A DNA stretch of 64,000 bases, from the NCBI GenBank assembly GCA_965248055.1, contig CBDFIJ010000004.1:1824001-1888000 (forward strand), given 5' to 3'. The DNA is from Candidatus Multivoradales bacterium. Its GTDB lineage: Bacteria > Acidobacteriota > Thermoanaerobaculia > Multivoradales > JAHEKO01. This document shows, in pieces, positions 49,651-59,356 of this stretch. Position numbers and translations under genes: made by a program. A model generated the notes under the pieces. It was given only the letters and a program-made list of their open reading frames with translations, was not told the origin of the DNA and did no database searches. Every line of letters starts with the position of its first letter. Within the stretch, counting starts at the first letter, position 1.

Positions 49651-50021
49651 AAGGAGGTCGACAACGACCGAAGGCGTGAGGTGAGTTCCAAGTGAGAGAC
49701 CTGATGCAACGCGTCACCGAGGAGAAACCGGAAATGTGGGGTGACTCGATTGTCGGCTTCGGCAGCTATCACTATAAATACGACAGCGGCCGCGAGGGTG
49801 ACTGGCTGGTGACCGGATTCTCGCCACGGAAACAAGCGCTGACCATCTATGTCATGGCCGGGTTTTCACGCTACGACGAGACCCTCGATCGGTTGGGTAG
49901 ACACCGCCACGGCAAATCCTGTCTTTACATCAATAAGCTCGCAGATATCGACATGGGAGTTCTCGAGGAGCTGATTCGCAAATCGGTTGCCTATGTGAAC
50001 CAGAAAGGACAGAGTTACTGA
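49651..50021 (+). pseudogene. DUF1801 protein, 5'-truncated/frameshifted
   Basis: MWGDSIVGFGSYHY, GFSPRK, GKSCLYI; upstream KEVDNDRRRE is out of frame and the expected N-terminus is absent. Confidence 0.7.
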
Positions 50022-50049
50022 GAGGACACAATACTTTGTTTGTGCCCCC
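50022..50049. repeat. REP-like hairpin, copy 4 (degenerate)
   Basis: GAGGACACAATACTTTGTTTGTGCCCCC, nearly the reverse complement of copy 5. Confidence 0.8.
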
Positions 50050-50077
50050 TCTTTCCAAAGAACAAAGGAACAACAAA

Positions 50078-50503
50078 GTGGACAAACAGCAACTGATTGA
50101 CAACCTCAACGAAGACCTAGCTGGAGAACTCAGCGCCATCATTCAATACACCACCTATGCCGCCAAAGTGACAGGTCCGTACCGGCCACAACTGGTGACT
50201 TTTTTTCTCGAAGAGGTCGCTGACGAGCAGCTCCACGCGCAGTTTCTGGCCAACAAGATTGTTGCTTTGGGCGGTGAACCAGTAACCAAACCCCGTCCGG
50301 TGCCCCAAGCGGCAAACAATCGGGAGATGTTGGAAGCGGTGTTGGCGGCCGAGCGTCAGGCGACCCAAGACTACACCTGCCGTGCTGAGCAAGCGGACCA
50401 GTACGGTGACAAGGGGCTGGCAGTGCAATTGGAGGACATGGTGCGCGATGAGAGCGGCCACTCAGAAGAAACCGAGCGCATCTTGCGCGACTGGCCGCTC
50501 TAG
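50078..50503 (+). CDS. Ferritin-like (bacterioferritin-like) protein
   Basis: ELSAIIQY, DEQLHA, DESGH diiron motifs. Confidence 0.9.
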   Translation: MDKQQLIDNLNEDLAGELSAIIQYTTYAAKVTGPYRPQLVTFFLEEVADEQLHAQFLANKIVALGGEPVTKPRPVPQAANNREMLEAVLAAERQATQDYTCRAEQADQYGDKGLAVQLEDMVRDESGHSEETERILRDWPL

Positions 50504-50976
50504 TGCCTGACTGCCTGCAGAACTCGATCCCATGGAGCTACTGCTTCGGTTGTGGGCCCGCCAACCACCACGGGCTACAGATCAAGAGCCATTCGCACGG
50601 AGATGAGTGCGTATCCATCTTTCAGGCCCAGGAACACCACGCGGCAGGACCCAAACACTTCGTCAACGGCGGCATCATCGCCACGGTGATCGACTGCCAC
50701 TGCGTTTGGACGGCCGTCACCGACTGTGCCCTCCGAGAAGGACGAAAGTTGGGCGAGGAGCCGATTGGTTGGCACGCAACCGCCTCGCTTCAGGTGGACT
50801 ACCTGCGGCCAACCCCGATCGAAGCACAGTGCAAACTGCGCTCTTGGGTTACCAACGTAGACGGCGACCGAACCACCGTTGAGTGCGTGCTCTCGGCTGC
50901 GGGTAAAGAGCGAGCAAAGGCGAAAGTGGTCGCGGTGCGGGTTCCAGACTCTTGGGTTGAAGCCGGGTCAGGATGA
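50503..50976 (+). CDS. PaaI/hotdog thioesterase
   Basis: CFGCGPAN, NGGIIATVIDCH, VDYLRPTP. Confidence 0.88.
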   Translation: MPDCLQNSIPWSYCFGCGPANHHGLQIKSHSHGDECVSIFQAQEHHAAGPKHFVNGGIIATVIDCHCVWTAVTDCALREGRKLGEEPIGWHATASLQVDYLRPTPIEAQCKLRSWVTNVDGDRTTVECVLSAAGKERAKAKVVAVRVPDSWVEAGSG

Positions 50977-51086
50977 AGGCGATCGCCACTAAATCCGGCC
51001 AAGACAAATTCCGTTCAAGGGGCTAAAATCGCATCGTTCGGTCGATGTATTGAATCTGACAATCTAAAGTCCAGAGAACCCCAATT

Positions 51087-52463
51087 ATGTGCGGAATCTT
51101 CGGTATGGAAGGGTCGCTCGACGCGGCCAATCTCACCTACCTGGGTCTCTATGCCTTGCAACACCGCGGGCAGGAAAGCGCTGGCATCGCCTCTGCCTCG
51201 TTCGACGGCGTGCATGTCGAGCGAGGTATGGGTCAAGTGGCGGACATCTTCGATCGAACCACCTTGCAGCGCCTACCTGGAATTCGAGCTGCCGGCCACA
51301 CTCGTTACTCCACTGCAGGGGTCAGCGCGCTAGAGAACGCTCAGCCGATCAAGGTGCGGACCTCGATGGGAGAATTGGCAATTGTGCATAACGGCAATCT
51401 GACCAATGCAGCGGAATTACGTACCAAGCTTGAGGTCGAGGGTGCAATTTTCCAAACCACCAGCGACACCGAGGTTATCCTCCACTTGATGGCCCGGGAC
51501 CCACAGCCGAGGGTGGTTGATTCGTTGCGGGCGGCTCTGCGTAAGGTTCGAGGAGCCTATTCACTTCTACTGCTGAGCGAGAAGGCACTGTTTGCCGCCC
51601 GTGATCCCAATGGCTTTCGGCCACTGGTCATGGGACGCGCTGCCGAAGGATTATGTTTTTCCTCTGAGACATGTGCCTTCGACTTGTTGGACGCAACCGT
51701 CGAACGACAGGTGAATCCTGGCGAGGTTGTGCGTATCGCGGGAGAGAAAGTCGATAGCTTTGCCATCGACCTACCCGCTCGCGCTACGACGCCGTGCCTC
51801 TTTGAGCAGGTCTACTTTTCTCGACCCGACAGTTTGGTTGAAGGCGGGTGTGTCGGCGATGTTCGCCTGGAAATGGGTGCACGGCTCGCCCGCGAGGCTC
51901 CGATCGAAGCGGACTTGGTGGTTGCCGTCCCTGACAGTGGACTGTTCGCAGCAATGGGGTACTCGCGCGAAAGTGGCTTGCCGTTTGAACTGGGTCTGAT
52001 CCGTAATCACTACGTAGGCCGCACTTTCATCGAGCCCAAACAATCGATCCGCCACTTTGGGGTCAAGGTCAAGTTGAACCCCGTACGTTCCTTGATCGAA
52101 GGCAAGCGGGTGGTGATGGTCGATGACTCGATTGTTCGAGGAACCACTTCCCCCAAGATCGTCAAGATGTTGCGTAACACTGGTGCAAAGGAAGTCCACG
52201 TGCGAATTTCTTGCCCACCGACCACCAATCCGTGCTTCTACGGCATCAACATGCCCACCCGCGAAGAACTGATCGCTTCCAGTCGTTCGGTGGAGGAGAT
52301 TCGCCATTTCATCGGCGCCGATAGCCTTGCCTACTTGTCGTTGGATGGACTCAAGCAAACCACCGGGAAGAACGGGTCTTGCGTCGCCTGTTGGAGCGGG
52401 GAGTATCCGGTGCAGGTGACCGGTGGTAAACAAAAAGAACCCCTCCACACAGGGGCTCCATGA
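51087..52463 (+). CDS. purF: Amidophosphoribosyltransferase
   Basis: MCGIFG, LQHRGQE, GHTRYST, VDDSIVRGTT. Confidence 0.98.
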   Translation: MCGIFGMEGSLDAANLTYLGLYALQHRGQESAGIASASFDGVHVERGMGQVADIFDRTTLQRLPGIRAAGHTRYSTAGVSALENAQPIKVRTSMGELAIVHNGNLTNAAELRTKLEVEGAIFQTTSDTEVILHLMARDPQPRVVDSLRAALRKVRGAYSLLLLSEKALFAARDPNGFRPLVMGRAAEGLCFSSETCAFDLLDATVERQVNPGEVVRIAGEKVDSFAIDLPARATTPCLFEQVYFSRPDSLVEGGCVGDVRLEMGARLAREAPIEADLVVAVPDSGLFAAMGYSRESGLPFELGLIRNHYVGRTFIEPKQSIRHFGVKVKLNPVRSLIEGKRVVMVDDSIVRGTTSPKIVKMLRNTGAKEVHVRISCPPTTNPCFYGINMPTREELIASSRSVEEIRHFIGADSLAYLSLDGLKQTTGKNGSCVACWSGEYPVQVTGGKQKEPLHTGAP

Positions 52464-53497
52464 CCTCAGACGCTTACGCTGATGCTGGGGTCGATATCGA
52501 CGCTCAGGACCAAGCTCTGGAGCGAATTAAGAAGCACGTCAAATCGACCAATACCCCCAACGTCCTGTCGGGGGTCGGGAGTTTCGGCGGATTGTTCGTC
52601 CCGGACCTCGAAGGCTACAGCCAGCCGGTCTTGGTTTCCTCGGTAGATGGGGTCGGGACAAAACTAGAAGTCGCCAAACGCGTTGGTGATTATTCTACGG
52701 TCGGCATTGACTTGGTTAACCATTGTGTTAATGATATTCTAGTGCAAGGCGCCAAGCCGCTATTTTTCCTGGATTACGTCGGGACTGGCAAGCTAGAACC
52801 GGAGGCGATGGAGCAGTTGGTCGCTGGCGTCGCCACTGCCTGCCGGGACAACGGCATAGCTTTGCTGGGAGGTGAAACCGCGGAAATGCCCGGCTATTAC
52901 CAACCCGGCGACTACGAACTGGTTGGCTTTGTTGTTGGCATTGTTGATCGTTCACGGCTGCTAGATGGTTCACGGGTCGCCGAAGGAGACCTGTTGATTG
53001 GGCTACCCTCTACCGGTCTACACACCAACGGCTATTCCTTGGCTCGGAAAGTATTTTTTGATGTCCTTAATTTGCACACCTCGGACCTCTTTCCACAAGC
53101 CACAGACGAACGCACCGTTGGCGAGGTTCTTTTGGCTCCCCACCGGAGCTATTTGCCTACGCTGTCTCCATTTTTGGCCGATTCCGCGCTCCACGGCCTC
53201 GCGCATATCACCGGGGGAGGACTGATCGACAATCTTCCACGGATTTTCCCGGCGGGCCTAGGGGCGGAAATCGACCTGGCAAGCTGGACCCCAACCCCGA
53301 TCTTTCAGATTCTCTCTAAGGCCGGTGAAGTCTCCCAGGATGAGATGTTTCGGGTCTTCAACATGGGTGTGGGGATGGTGGCGGTGGTTGACCCAGATTC
53401 CGTTGGTTCGGTGCTCGGCAAGCTGCGCCAGCAGGAGGAGCAAGCGTGGGTACTGGGCCGAATCATCTCCGGTGACGGGGTCACTCTGAGCCGGTGA
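52460..53497 (+). CDS. purM: AIR synthase
   Basis: YADAGVDI, DGVGTK, GGETAEMP, HITGGG, FNMGVG. Confidence 0.98.
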   Translation: MTSDAYADAGVDIDAQDQALERIKKHVKSTNTPNVLSGVGSFGGLFVPDLEGYSQPVLVSSVDGVGTKLEVAKRVGDYSTVGIDLVNHCVNDILVQGAKPLFFLDYVGTGKLEPEAMEQLVAGVATACRDNGIALLGGETAEMPGYYQPGDYELVGFVVGIVDRSRLLDGSRVAEGDLLIGLPSTGLHTNGYSLARKVFFDVLNLHTSDLFPQATDERTVGEVLLAPHRSYLPTLSPFLADSALHGLAHITGGGLIDNLPRIFPAGLGAEIDLASWTPTPIFQILSKAGEVSQDEMFRVFNMGVGMVAVVDPDSVGSVLGKLRQQEEQAWVLGRIISGDGVTLSR

Positions 53498-53555
53498 GCA
53501 CCTCGACTCGACTCTTATCTGTGAGATCAAGCGGCCTGACTAGCTCAAGGTTGCC

Positions 53556-54164
53556 ATGACTCGCATTGCTATTTTGCTCTCCGGCCGAGGTTCCAACTTC
53601 GTCGCCTTGGCAGAGGCGATCGACCGGGGAGAACTCACCGCCGAGATAGCCCTGGTGGTGTCGAACACCTGCAATGCGCTGGGAATACTGGAAGCCAAAC
53701 GAAGAGGTCTCAAGACAGTCGAAATCCCACATCGGTCGGAGCCGTCCAGGGCCAGTCATGAAACCAAGGTCTTGCGGGTACTGGAGGCCGCTGAGGTCGA
53801 GTGGGTTTGTTTGGCCGGCTATATGCGCAAGTTGTCCAAGGAATTCGTCGCCCGATACCCGCTACGGATTCTCAATATTCACCCTAGCCTTCTTCCTGCG
53901 TTTCCGGGGCTCCAGGTCCATGAACAGACCCTGGAGCACGGCGTCAAGATTTCCGGATGCACGGTACATTTTGTCAACGACGGGCTCGACAGCGGGCCGA
54001 TCGTGATGCAACGTTCGGTGGAAGTCTTGGACACGGATACGCCAGAAACGCTGGCTGCGCGCATTTTGGAGCAAGAGCATCTGGCTTACCCGCGCGCCCT
54101 GGCAAAGCTGTTGACAGAGCCCTGGTCGGCTAACGGTCGCCGGGTGGAATTCGCCAGCGCCTAG
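53556..54164 (+). CDS. purN: GAR transformylase
   Basis: SGRGSN, LAGYM, NIHPSLLP, DSGPI. Confidence 0.97.
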   Translation: MTRIAILLSGRGSNFVALAEAIDRGELTAEIALVVSNTCNALGILEAKRRGLKTVEIPHRSEPSRASHETKVLRVLEAAEVEWVCLAGYMRKLSKEFVARYPLRILNIHPSLLPAFPGLQVHEQTLEHGVKISGCTVHFVNDGLDSGPIVMQRSVEVLDTDTPETLAARILEQEHLAYPRALAKLLTEPWSANGRRVEFASA

Positions 54165-54202
54165 GCCAACCGGACGCTGGCGACGATCAACGGCGAGCCG
54201 GG

Positions 54203-54232
54203 AAAAAAGGCCCGACGGAAACCGTGGGACCC
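54203..54232 (-). terminator. Putative intrinsic terminator
   Basis: AAAAAAGGCCCGACGG-AAA-CCGTGGGACCC: hairpin with a U-tract on the minus strand. Confidence 0.45.
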
Positions 54233-54259
54233 TTCTGGGAATTCATTGGGTAGCCAACA

Positions 54260-54415
54260 ACCTACATCAACGCCGAGCTTCTCCATTATCTCAACCGTCA
54301 GGCCACCCTGAGGTAAACCGCTCTCTGCTTGGTAGGAGTTGACCGCAGATATGGTCTCCCGACCCAGCTCGCCATCGGTGTTGGCCCGAGTCGGAGGGCC
54401 ACTCCTTCGGACCAC
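54260..54415 (-). pseudogene. Peptidoglycan-binding domain fragment
   Basis: DGELGRETISAVNSYQAESGLPQGGLTVEIMEKLGV; no intact N-terminus. Confidence 0.65.
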
Positions 54416-54539
54416 TGTTGTCGGTGCCGTCTCTATTCACAACCAGCAATTGCTCAGTGGTTGCTGACGCTCCCTGAATAACGATTGGGGCGCCACGTTT
54501 TGAATCGAAAAGTGTCCCCTTTTCACTGCTATCGCACCG

Positions 54540-55520
54540 GTGTTCCGTTACCATTGCTCGGTGTTCGCCGAACAAAATATTTCCAACCGCAATCACCCTT
54601 CAGTCTGCGCCATCGTTCTCAACTACAACGGCAAGGACGTAACGCGAAAAACCCTGGCGAGTTTGGTCCAAGTCGACTACCCGGCAATGAAGATCGTGGT
54701 GGTCGACAACGGGTCTGACGATGGTTCGCGGCAGGCCGTGGAGCAGGCGTATCCCGAGATCCAGCAGTTGCGCAAGCAAATCAACGAAGGGGTGGCGGCG
54801 GGGATGAACGTCGGCATCGAACACGCCCTAAAACACGGTTTTGACTATCTACTGATTCTCAATAATGACATCGAGGTAACCCCGGACATGGTCACTCGGC
54901 TGGTCGAAGAGTTGGAACATCGACCGCAGTTTGGCTGCGCCGGCCCCAAGTGCTACTACTACTGGGATCGAGACAGGATCTGGTCCGCTGGAGGGTTCCT
55001 CCGGTTCCGCGAAGCGATCACCCAAGAACGGGGCATGGGGGAAATCGATCAAGGTCAGTTTGATCGAACCGAAGAAGTCGATTACATCAACGGCTGCGCG
55101 ATCTTGATTTCTCGCCAAGTGATGGTTGAGGTCGGGCCAATGGATCCCTCCTATGTGGTCGGAGTGGAAGATGCGGATTGGTGTGCGCGGATGAAAAAAG
55201 CGGGATACCGATGTTTGTATGTCGCCAATGCTCAACTGTGGCACATGGTGTCGCACACGACCGGTGGCTACAAGTCAGGTAAAACCTTTCAAACCGGGCG
55301 CTCAACTGCAATTTTTGTCCGGCGCCACGGTTCTACGATCCAGAAACTGCAGTTCTGGTTGTTTGCCATCGCCGCCATTCCGATCGCGTTCGTGCGCGAA
55401 CTACCACAGCGAAATCATCGAGCCGCACTGGCCAAGGCACGGGGCTATTGGTCCGGGTGGCGGACCCCTTTGTTGCCAACCCCAACCATCCGCCAGTTCT
55501 CGTCAAAGAACGACAATTGA
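54540..55520 (+). CDS. GT2 glycosyltransferase (start uncertain)
   Basis: IVLNYNG, VDNGSDD, LNND, EDADW. Confidence 0.92.
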   Translation: MFRYHCSVFAEQNISNRNHPSVCAIVLNYNGKDVTRKTLASLVQVDYPAMKIVVVDNGSDDGSRQAVEQAYPEIQQLRKQINEGVAAGMNVGIEHALKHGFDYLLILNNDIEVTPDMVTRLVEELEHRPQFGCAGPKCYYYWDRDRIWSAGGFLRFREAITQERGMGEIDQGQFDRTEEVDYINGCAILISRQVMVEVGPMDPSYVVGVEDADWCARMKKAGYRCLYVANAQLWHMVSHTTGGYKSGKTFQTGRSTAIFVRRHGSTIQKLQFWLFAIAAIPIAFVRELPQRNHRAALAKARGYWSGWRTPLLPTPTIRQFSSKNDN

Positions 55521-55573
55521 CCTAGAGGGTACCTCAACAATCAAAAAAACATCGCCCTAGGTGGGCAGGTAGC

Positions 55574-55602
55574 TTGACAGCCCTTCACCTCGGGAACAAA
55601 CT
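55574..55602 (+). promoter_or_regulatory. Putative sigma70 promoter
   Basis: TTGACA-N17-CAAACT upstream of RBS AAGGAGG. Confidence 0.5.
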
Positions 55603-55636
55603 GACCTTGTAGAAAGTCTCCTAATTAAGGAGGGGA

Positions 55637-56821
55637 GTGCGTATGAATTCTTGGACCAACCGTATTATCTCAACCTGTCTCGTGACTTTCTTGGTTGTCG
55701 CCTGTGGTGGTGACGACGGCGTCAAGTTTGGTGCTGTTATCCCTGAAACCGGCGAGGCTGCAGTCTACGGTCACTCGATTCGCAAGGGTGCCGAACTGGC
55801 GATGGAACACATCCAGTCAGAAAGTAAGCGGGCAATTACCTTAACCGTAGTCGACTCTGGTTCCGATCCCGAGCAGGCCGCCGAGGCTGCCAAGCAACTT
55901 TTTAAAGATGGCGCATTGGCTTTGTTGGGCGGGATTACCAGCGCCGAAGCACTGAAAATGATCGAAGTTATCGATCGCCGGGACCGCGTCTTGTTGTCCC
56001 CAAGTGCCTCCTCGCCCGACCTTACTGGCGCCTCGATCAATTTCTTTCGGGTCTTCTTTTCGGACTTTACCGAAGGCGTCAAGATGGGCAACTTTGCGGC
56101 CATCAAAGCCAACATCGACTCGGTGGTGATCATTGCCAAGCAACAGTCCTACGCCAAAGGCGTACAGGACGTTTTTCGCCAAGAATTCGAACGCCAAGAG
56201 GGTGAAGTTCTGGAGACTATCGAGGTTCCGGAAGGAACCGCAGATTTCTCTGGAGTTGTTGAGCGCGTTAATACCCTCAACCCGACCGCTGTTTTCGTTG
56301 CTGGCTACGCCCAGGATATCGCCAGCGTCATCGTTGCTCTCCACGAGTCGGGCTACCAAGGCCGCGTTTTGACCACCCACGCATTCGCTTCTGGCGAGAT
56401 CCTTGCTCAAGCGGGAGAAGCCGCCGAAGGAACTCTCTTGACGCTTCCGTTGTTTGACGCCAATAGCGAAGAAGAGCCGGTCAAGTCGTTTGCTGAGAAA
56501 TTTCACGCCAAGTACGACCAAGCCCCCGATGTCTGGGCGGCCCATGGCTACGACGCGATGATGATCTTGTATCAAGCCCTGCCGGAGAAAATGCGCACCA
56601 CATCAGACTTCTGGAGCGGAATGCGACAGATTGACGACTACCCTGGCGTCACCGGGGCGATCCGCTTTGACGAAAAGGGCGATGTCGGTCGTTTTCCGCG
56701 CGTCTTCGAGGTCTCCAACGGCGAGCTGGTAGACCACGAAGCTGAGGTCGATCGGCAACTTGAAGATCTGAAGGCACAGTTGCGGAAAATTCAAGACCGA
56801 AAACTTCGCGCGATCAATTAG
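55637..56821 (+). CDS. LivJ-like ABC substrate-binding lipoprotein
   Basis: VVAC lipobox, SPSASSP, GYDA, GVTGAIRFD. Confidence 0.88.
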   Translation: MRMNSWTNRIISTCLVTFLVVACGGDDGVKFGAVIPETGEAAVYGHSIRKGAELAMEHIQSESKRAITLTVVDSGSDPEQAAEAAKQLFKDGALALLGGITSAEALKMIEVIDRRDRVLLSPSASSPDLTGASINFFRVFFSDFTEGVKMGNFAAIKANIDSVVIIAKQQSYAKGVQDVFRQEFERQEGEVLETIEVPEGTADFSGVVERVNTLNPTAVFVAGYAQDIASVIVALHESGYQGRVLTTHAFASGEILAQAGEAAEGTLLTLPLFDANSEEEPVKSFAEKFHAKYDQAPDVWAAHGYDAMMILYQALPEKMRTTSDFWSGMRQIDDYPGVTGAIRFDEKGDVGRFPRVFEVSNGELVDHEAEVDRQLEDLKAQLRKIQDRKLRAIN

Positions 56822-56867
56822 TCGCTCTAGATCAACGATCATCACTGCGGAGATACGCGTCTAGCTA

Positions 56868-57671
56868 ATGTTCGCCATCGCCGCTACTTTGATTCGTCAC
56901 CGCAGTTTGCTGTCGACGCTGGTCGCCCGTGAGCTTAAGGCCCGCTATCGCGGCTCAGTGCTCGGGTTTTTCTGGTCCCTAGTCAACCCTTTATTGCTGC
57001 TTGGAGTCTACAGCCTAGTATTTGGCTACATTCTTCCGAATCGCGCTCTAGAGGTTCAGCCCTACAGTGTGTTCTTGGTTTGCGGTCTGTTTGCATGGAT
57101 TTGGACCAACACCTCGGTGATTGACGGCACTATGTCCTTGATCTCCAACGCTGGCTTGATTCGCAAGGCGGCATTCCCGGTCGCGGTGTTGCCAGCCGTC
57201 CCAGTTCTCGCCAACTTGGTGCACTTCTTGTTCTCGTTGCCGATCGCAGCCGGAGCCCTAGTTGTCGCCAGGGGAATGGGTAACCCGGTGAGCGGATGGA
57301 CGGTTCTTTTGGTTCCACTGGTGATCGTGGTTCAGTTCTTTCTGATCTTGGGGTTCGCCCTCGGGTTTGCCGCGCTCCATGTGCACTTCAAAGACATTCG
57401 GGATCTGCTGGTCAATCTTTTTCAGTTGCTGTTCTTTCTCACCCCGATCCTCTATCCGCTGTCGATGATCGATTATCCGATGGTGCGCAAGCTGATCACT
57501 TGGGTCAACCCCTTCACCCCGTTTGCCATCGCCTACCAAGACTTAATGTTCTTTGGGCGCATACCCACGGCTGCCACTTGGATTCCGGGCGTGCTGTGGG
57601 CGGTGGTCGCGTTCGCGATTGGCAGTTGGATCTTTTCTCGCCTCTCTCCGGGGATGGCTGAGTCGGTATGA
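56868..57671 (+). CDS. wzm: ABC-2 polysaccharide exporter permease (Wzm-like)
   Basis: ELKARYRGSVLGFFWSLVNP, FFLTPILYP. Confidence 0.9.
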   Translation: MFAIAATLIRHRSLLSTLVARELKARYRGSVLGFFWSLVNPLLLLGVYSLVFGYILPNRALEVQPYSVFLVCGLFAWIWTNTSVIDGTMSLISNAGLIRKAAFPVAVLPAVPVLANLVHFLFSLPIAAGALVVARGMGNPVSGWTVLLVPLVIVVQFFLILGFALGFAALHVHFKDIRDLLVNLFQLLFFLTPILYPLSMIDYPMVRKLITWVNPFTPFAIAYQDLMFFGRIPTAATWIPGVLWAVVAFAIGSWIFSRLSPGMAESV

Positions 57672-58987
57672 CCGACGCGATCCAGGTTCACGGACTGTCG
57701 AAACGTTACCGCAGGGTCTCTGCAGGATTTCGCTTTCGCACCCTCAAGAGCGCTCTCTTGGACCTCAATTTGACCACTGGACTCGGCGACCAGGACATCA
57801 TTGCAGCACTGGAAGACGTTACCTTCACCATCGAAGCCGGTGAATCGTTCGGCATTATCGGCGGCAACGGTTCGGGTAAATCGACTCTTCTCAAGTGCCT
57901 CGCAAAGATCCTACAGCCCACTGAAGGAACCGTGTCGATTGATGGTCGGGTGGCGGCGTTGATTGAGTTGGGAGCCGGTTTTCACCCTGAGATCTCTGGG
58001 CGCGAAAATATCTACATCAACGGCGCGATCTTGGGCATGGACCGTAAGGAAGTTACTCGACGGCTTGACGACATCATCGCTTTCTCAGGGCTAGAGGAAT
58101 TCATCGACGAGCCGGTCAAGAACTACTCGTCGGGGATGTATGTCCGGCTCGGGTTTGCCATCGCGATTCACACCGACCCCGACATTTTGTTGGTGGACGA
58201 GGTCCTGGCGGTGGGAGATGAGGCCTTCGGCCACAAATGCCTGGACAAGATCCAGGAGATGTTGGCCGCCAAAAAAACGGTAATCATGGTCAGCCATTCA
58301 CTTGACCTAATCGAAGAGCTGGCCGATCGGGTGATGTGGTTGGATCGCGGGACCGCTCGACTGGTTGGTTCCCCTCGGCATGTGATCGATGCCTACCGCC
58401 AGGAAGTCGCTCGGCAAGAAGAGGAAATCCACCGAGCCGCGAGTGAGCAACGCCAAGAGGAGCTCGAGCACCAGCCAGTTGAAGAGCTTCCAACCGAAAA
58501 AGCGGTTGATTTTTCTGCGGTCGCAGAGGAGCTCGACGAGCCGGACCGTTGGGGCTCGCGGATCGCTGAGATCCACAAAGTCCGGTTGCTAGATGACAAC
58601 AACGTCGAGCGCTTTGGGTTTCGCCGTGGTGATCCGCTGACGGTCGAGATCCACGTCGAGGCCAAGGCGCCACTGGACGACTTTGTTTTCGGCATCGCAG
58701 TTCGACACCCGCGTTTTGTCTGTTGGGGCACCAACACCCATATCCAGGGCATGCGTAGTCAGATGTTTGAAGGTCAGGCCATCGTTCGGGTGGTTTGCCC
58801 GTCGTTTGAATTGGCTGCCGGCACCTACACCCTTGATGTCGCAGTCCATAGTGAGCACGGGGTTCCCTATGACTACCAGCGCCGGGTGCTCGAGTTTCAG
58901 ATTAGTGACAATCTAGGTGGAGAGGGGATCTACGCCCCGCATCATGATTGGCAGTTCGATGGCTCAATCGACTGGAAGCCCACTTAA
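57668..58987 (+). CDS. wzt: Polysaccharide exporter ATPase with Wzt_C domain
   Basis: GGNGSGKST, YSSGM, DEVLAVGD, C-terminal RWGS domain. Confidence 0.92.
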   Translation: MTDAIQVHGLSKRYRRVSAGFRFRTLKSALLDLNLTTGLGDQDIIAALEDVTFTIEAGESFGIIGGNGSGKSTLLKCLAKILQPTEGTVSIDGRVAALIELGAGFHPEISGRENIYINGAILGMDRKEVTRRLDDIIAFSGLEEFIDEPVKNYSSGMYVRLGFAIAIHTDPDILLVDEVLAVGDEAFGHKCLDKIQEMLAAKKTVIMVSHSLDLIEELADRVMWLDRGTARLVGSPRHVIDAYRQEVARQEEEIHRAASEQRQEELEHQPVEELPTEKAVDFSAVAEELDEPDRWGSRIAEIHKVRLLDDNNVERFGFRRGDPLTVEIHVEAKAPLDDFVFGIAVRHPRFVCWGTNTHIQGMRSQMFEGQAIVRVVCPSFELAAGTYTLDVAVHSEHGVPYDYQRRVLEFQISDNLGGEGIYAPHHDWQFDGSIDWKPT

Positions 58988-59019
58988 GAGGGGACACAAA
59001 CAAAGTATTGTGTCCCCTC
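58988..59019. repeat. REP-like hairpin, copy 5
   Basis: GAGGGGACACAA-acaaagta-TTGTGTCCCCTC directly after the wzt stop. Confidence 0.85.
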
Positions 59020-59044
59020 CGGATGCAAAGACAAGGAGAACCGC

Positions 59045-59329
59045 GTGGCAGAAGACAAGAAAAATAGTTTGAACATCAAGATTTCCGACGAGGATCTAAA
59101 AGGTCGGTACTCCAACCTGCTACGCATCACTCATACCCGAGAGGAGTTTGTCCTCGACTTCATCAACGTCGTGCCTCCTCAAGCGGTGGTGTCGGCTCGG
59201 ATCGCCACCAGTCCGGGGCATCTCAAGCGGATTATCCATGCTCTGCGGGACAACCTCGATCGCTACGAGGAGCAGTTCGGCACGATTGAACAAGCGGATG
59301 AGCCCTCCGGCAATCCTGAAATCAACTAA
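59045..59329 (+). CDS. DUF3467 protein
   Basis: GRYSN, EEFVLDF, SPGHLKR, YEEQFG. Confidence 0.9.
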   Translation: MAEDKKNSLNIKISDEDLKGRYSNLLRITHTREEFVLDFINVVPPQAVVSARIATSPGHLKRIIHALRDNLDRYEEQFGTIEQADEPSGNPEIN

Positions 59330-59356
59330 CCCGCCCGGATACAAACAGAGCGTTCT

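Noticed and set aside
54540-58987. GT2 / substrate-binding protein / wzm / wzt as a novel system
   Set aside because: All are common families and the gene order alone gives no evidence of a shared new function.
14706-59019. Hairpin repeats as a CRISPR array
   Set aside because: Copies are dispersed over kilobases with no regular spacers and no cas genes.
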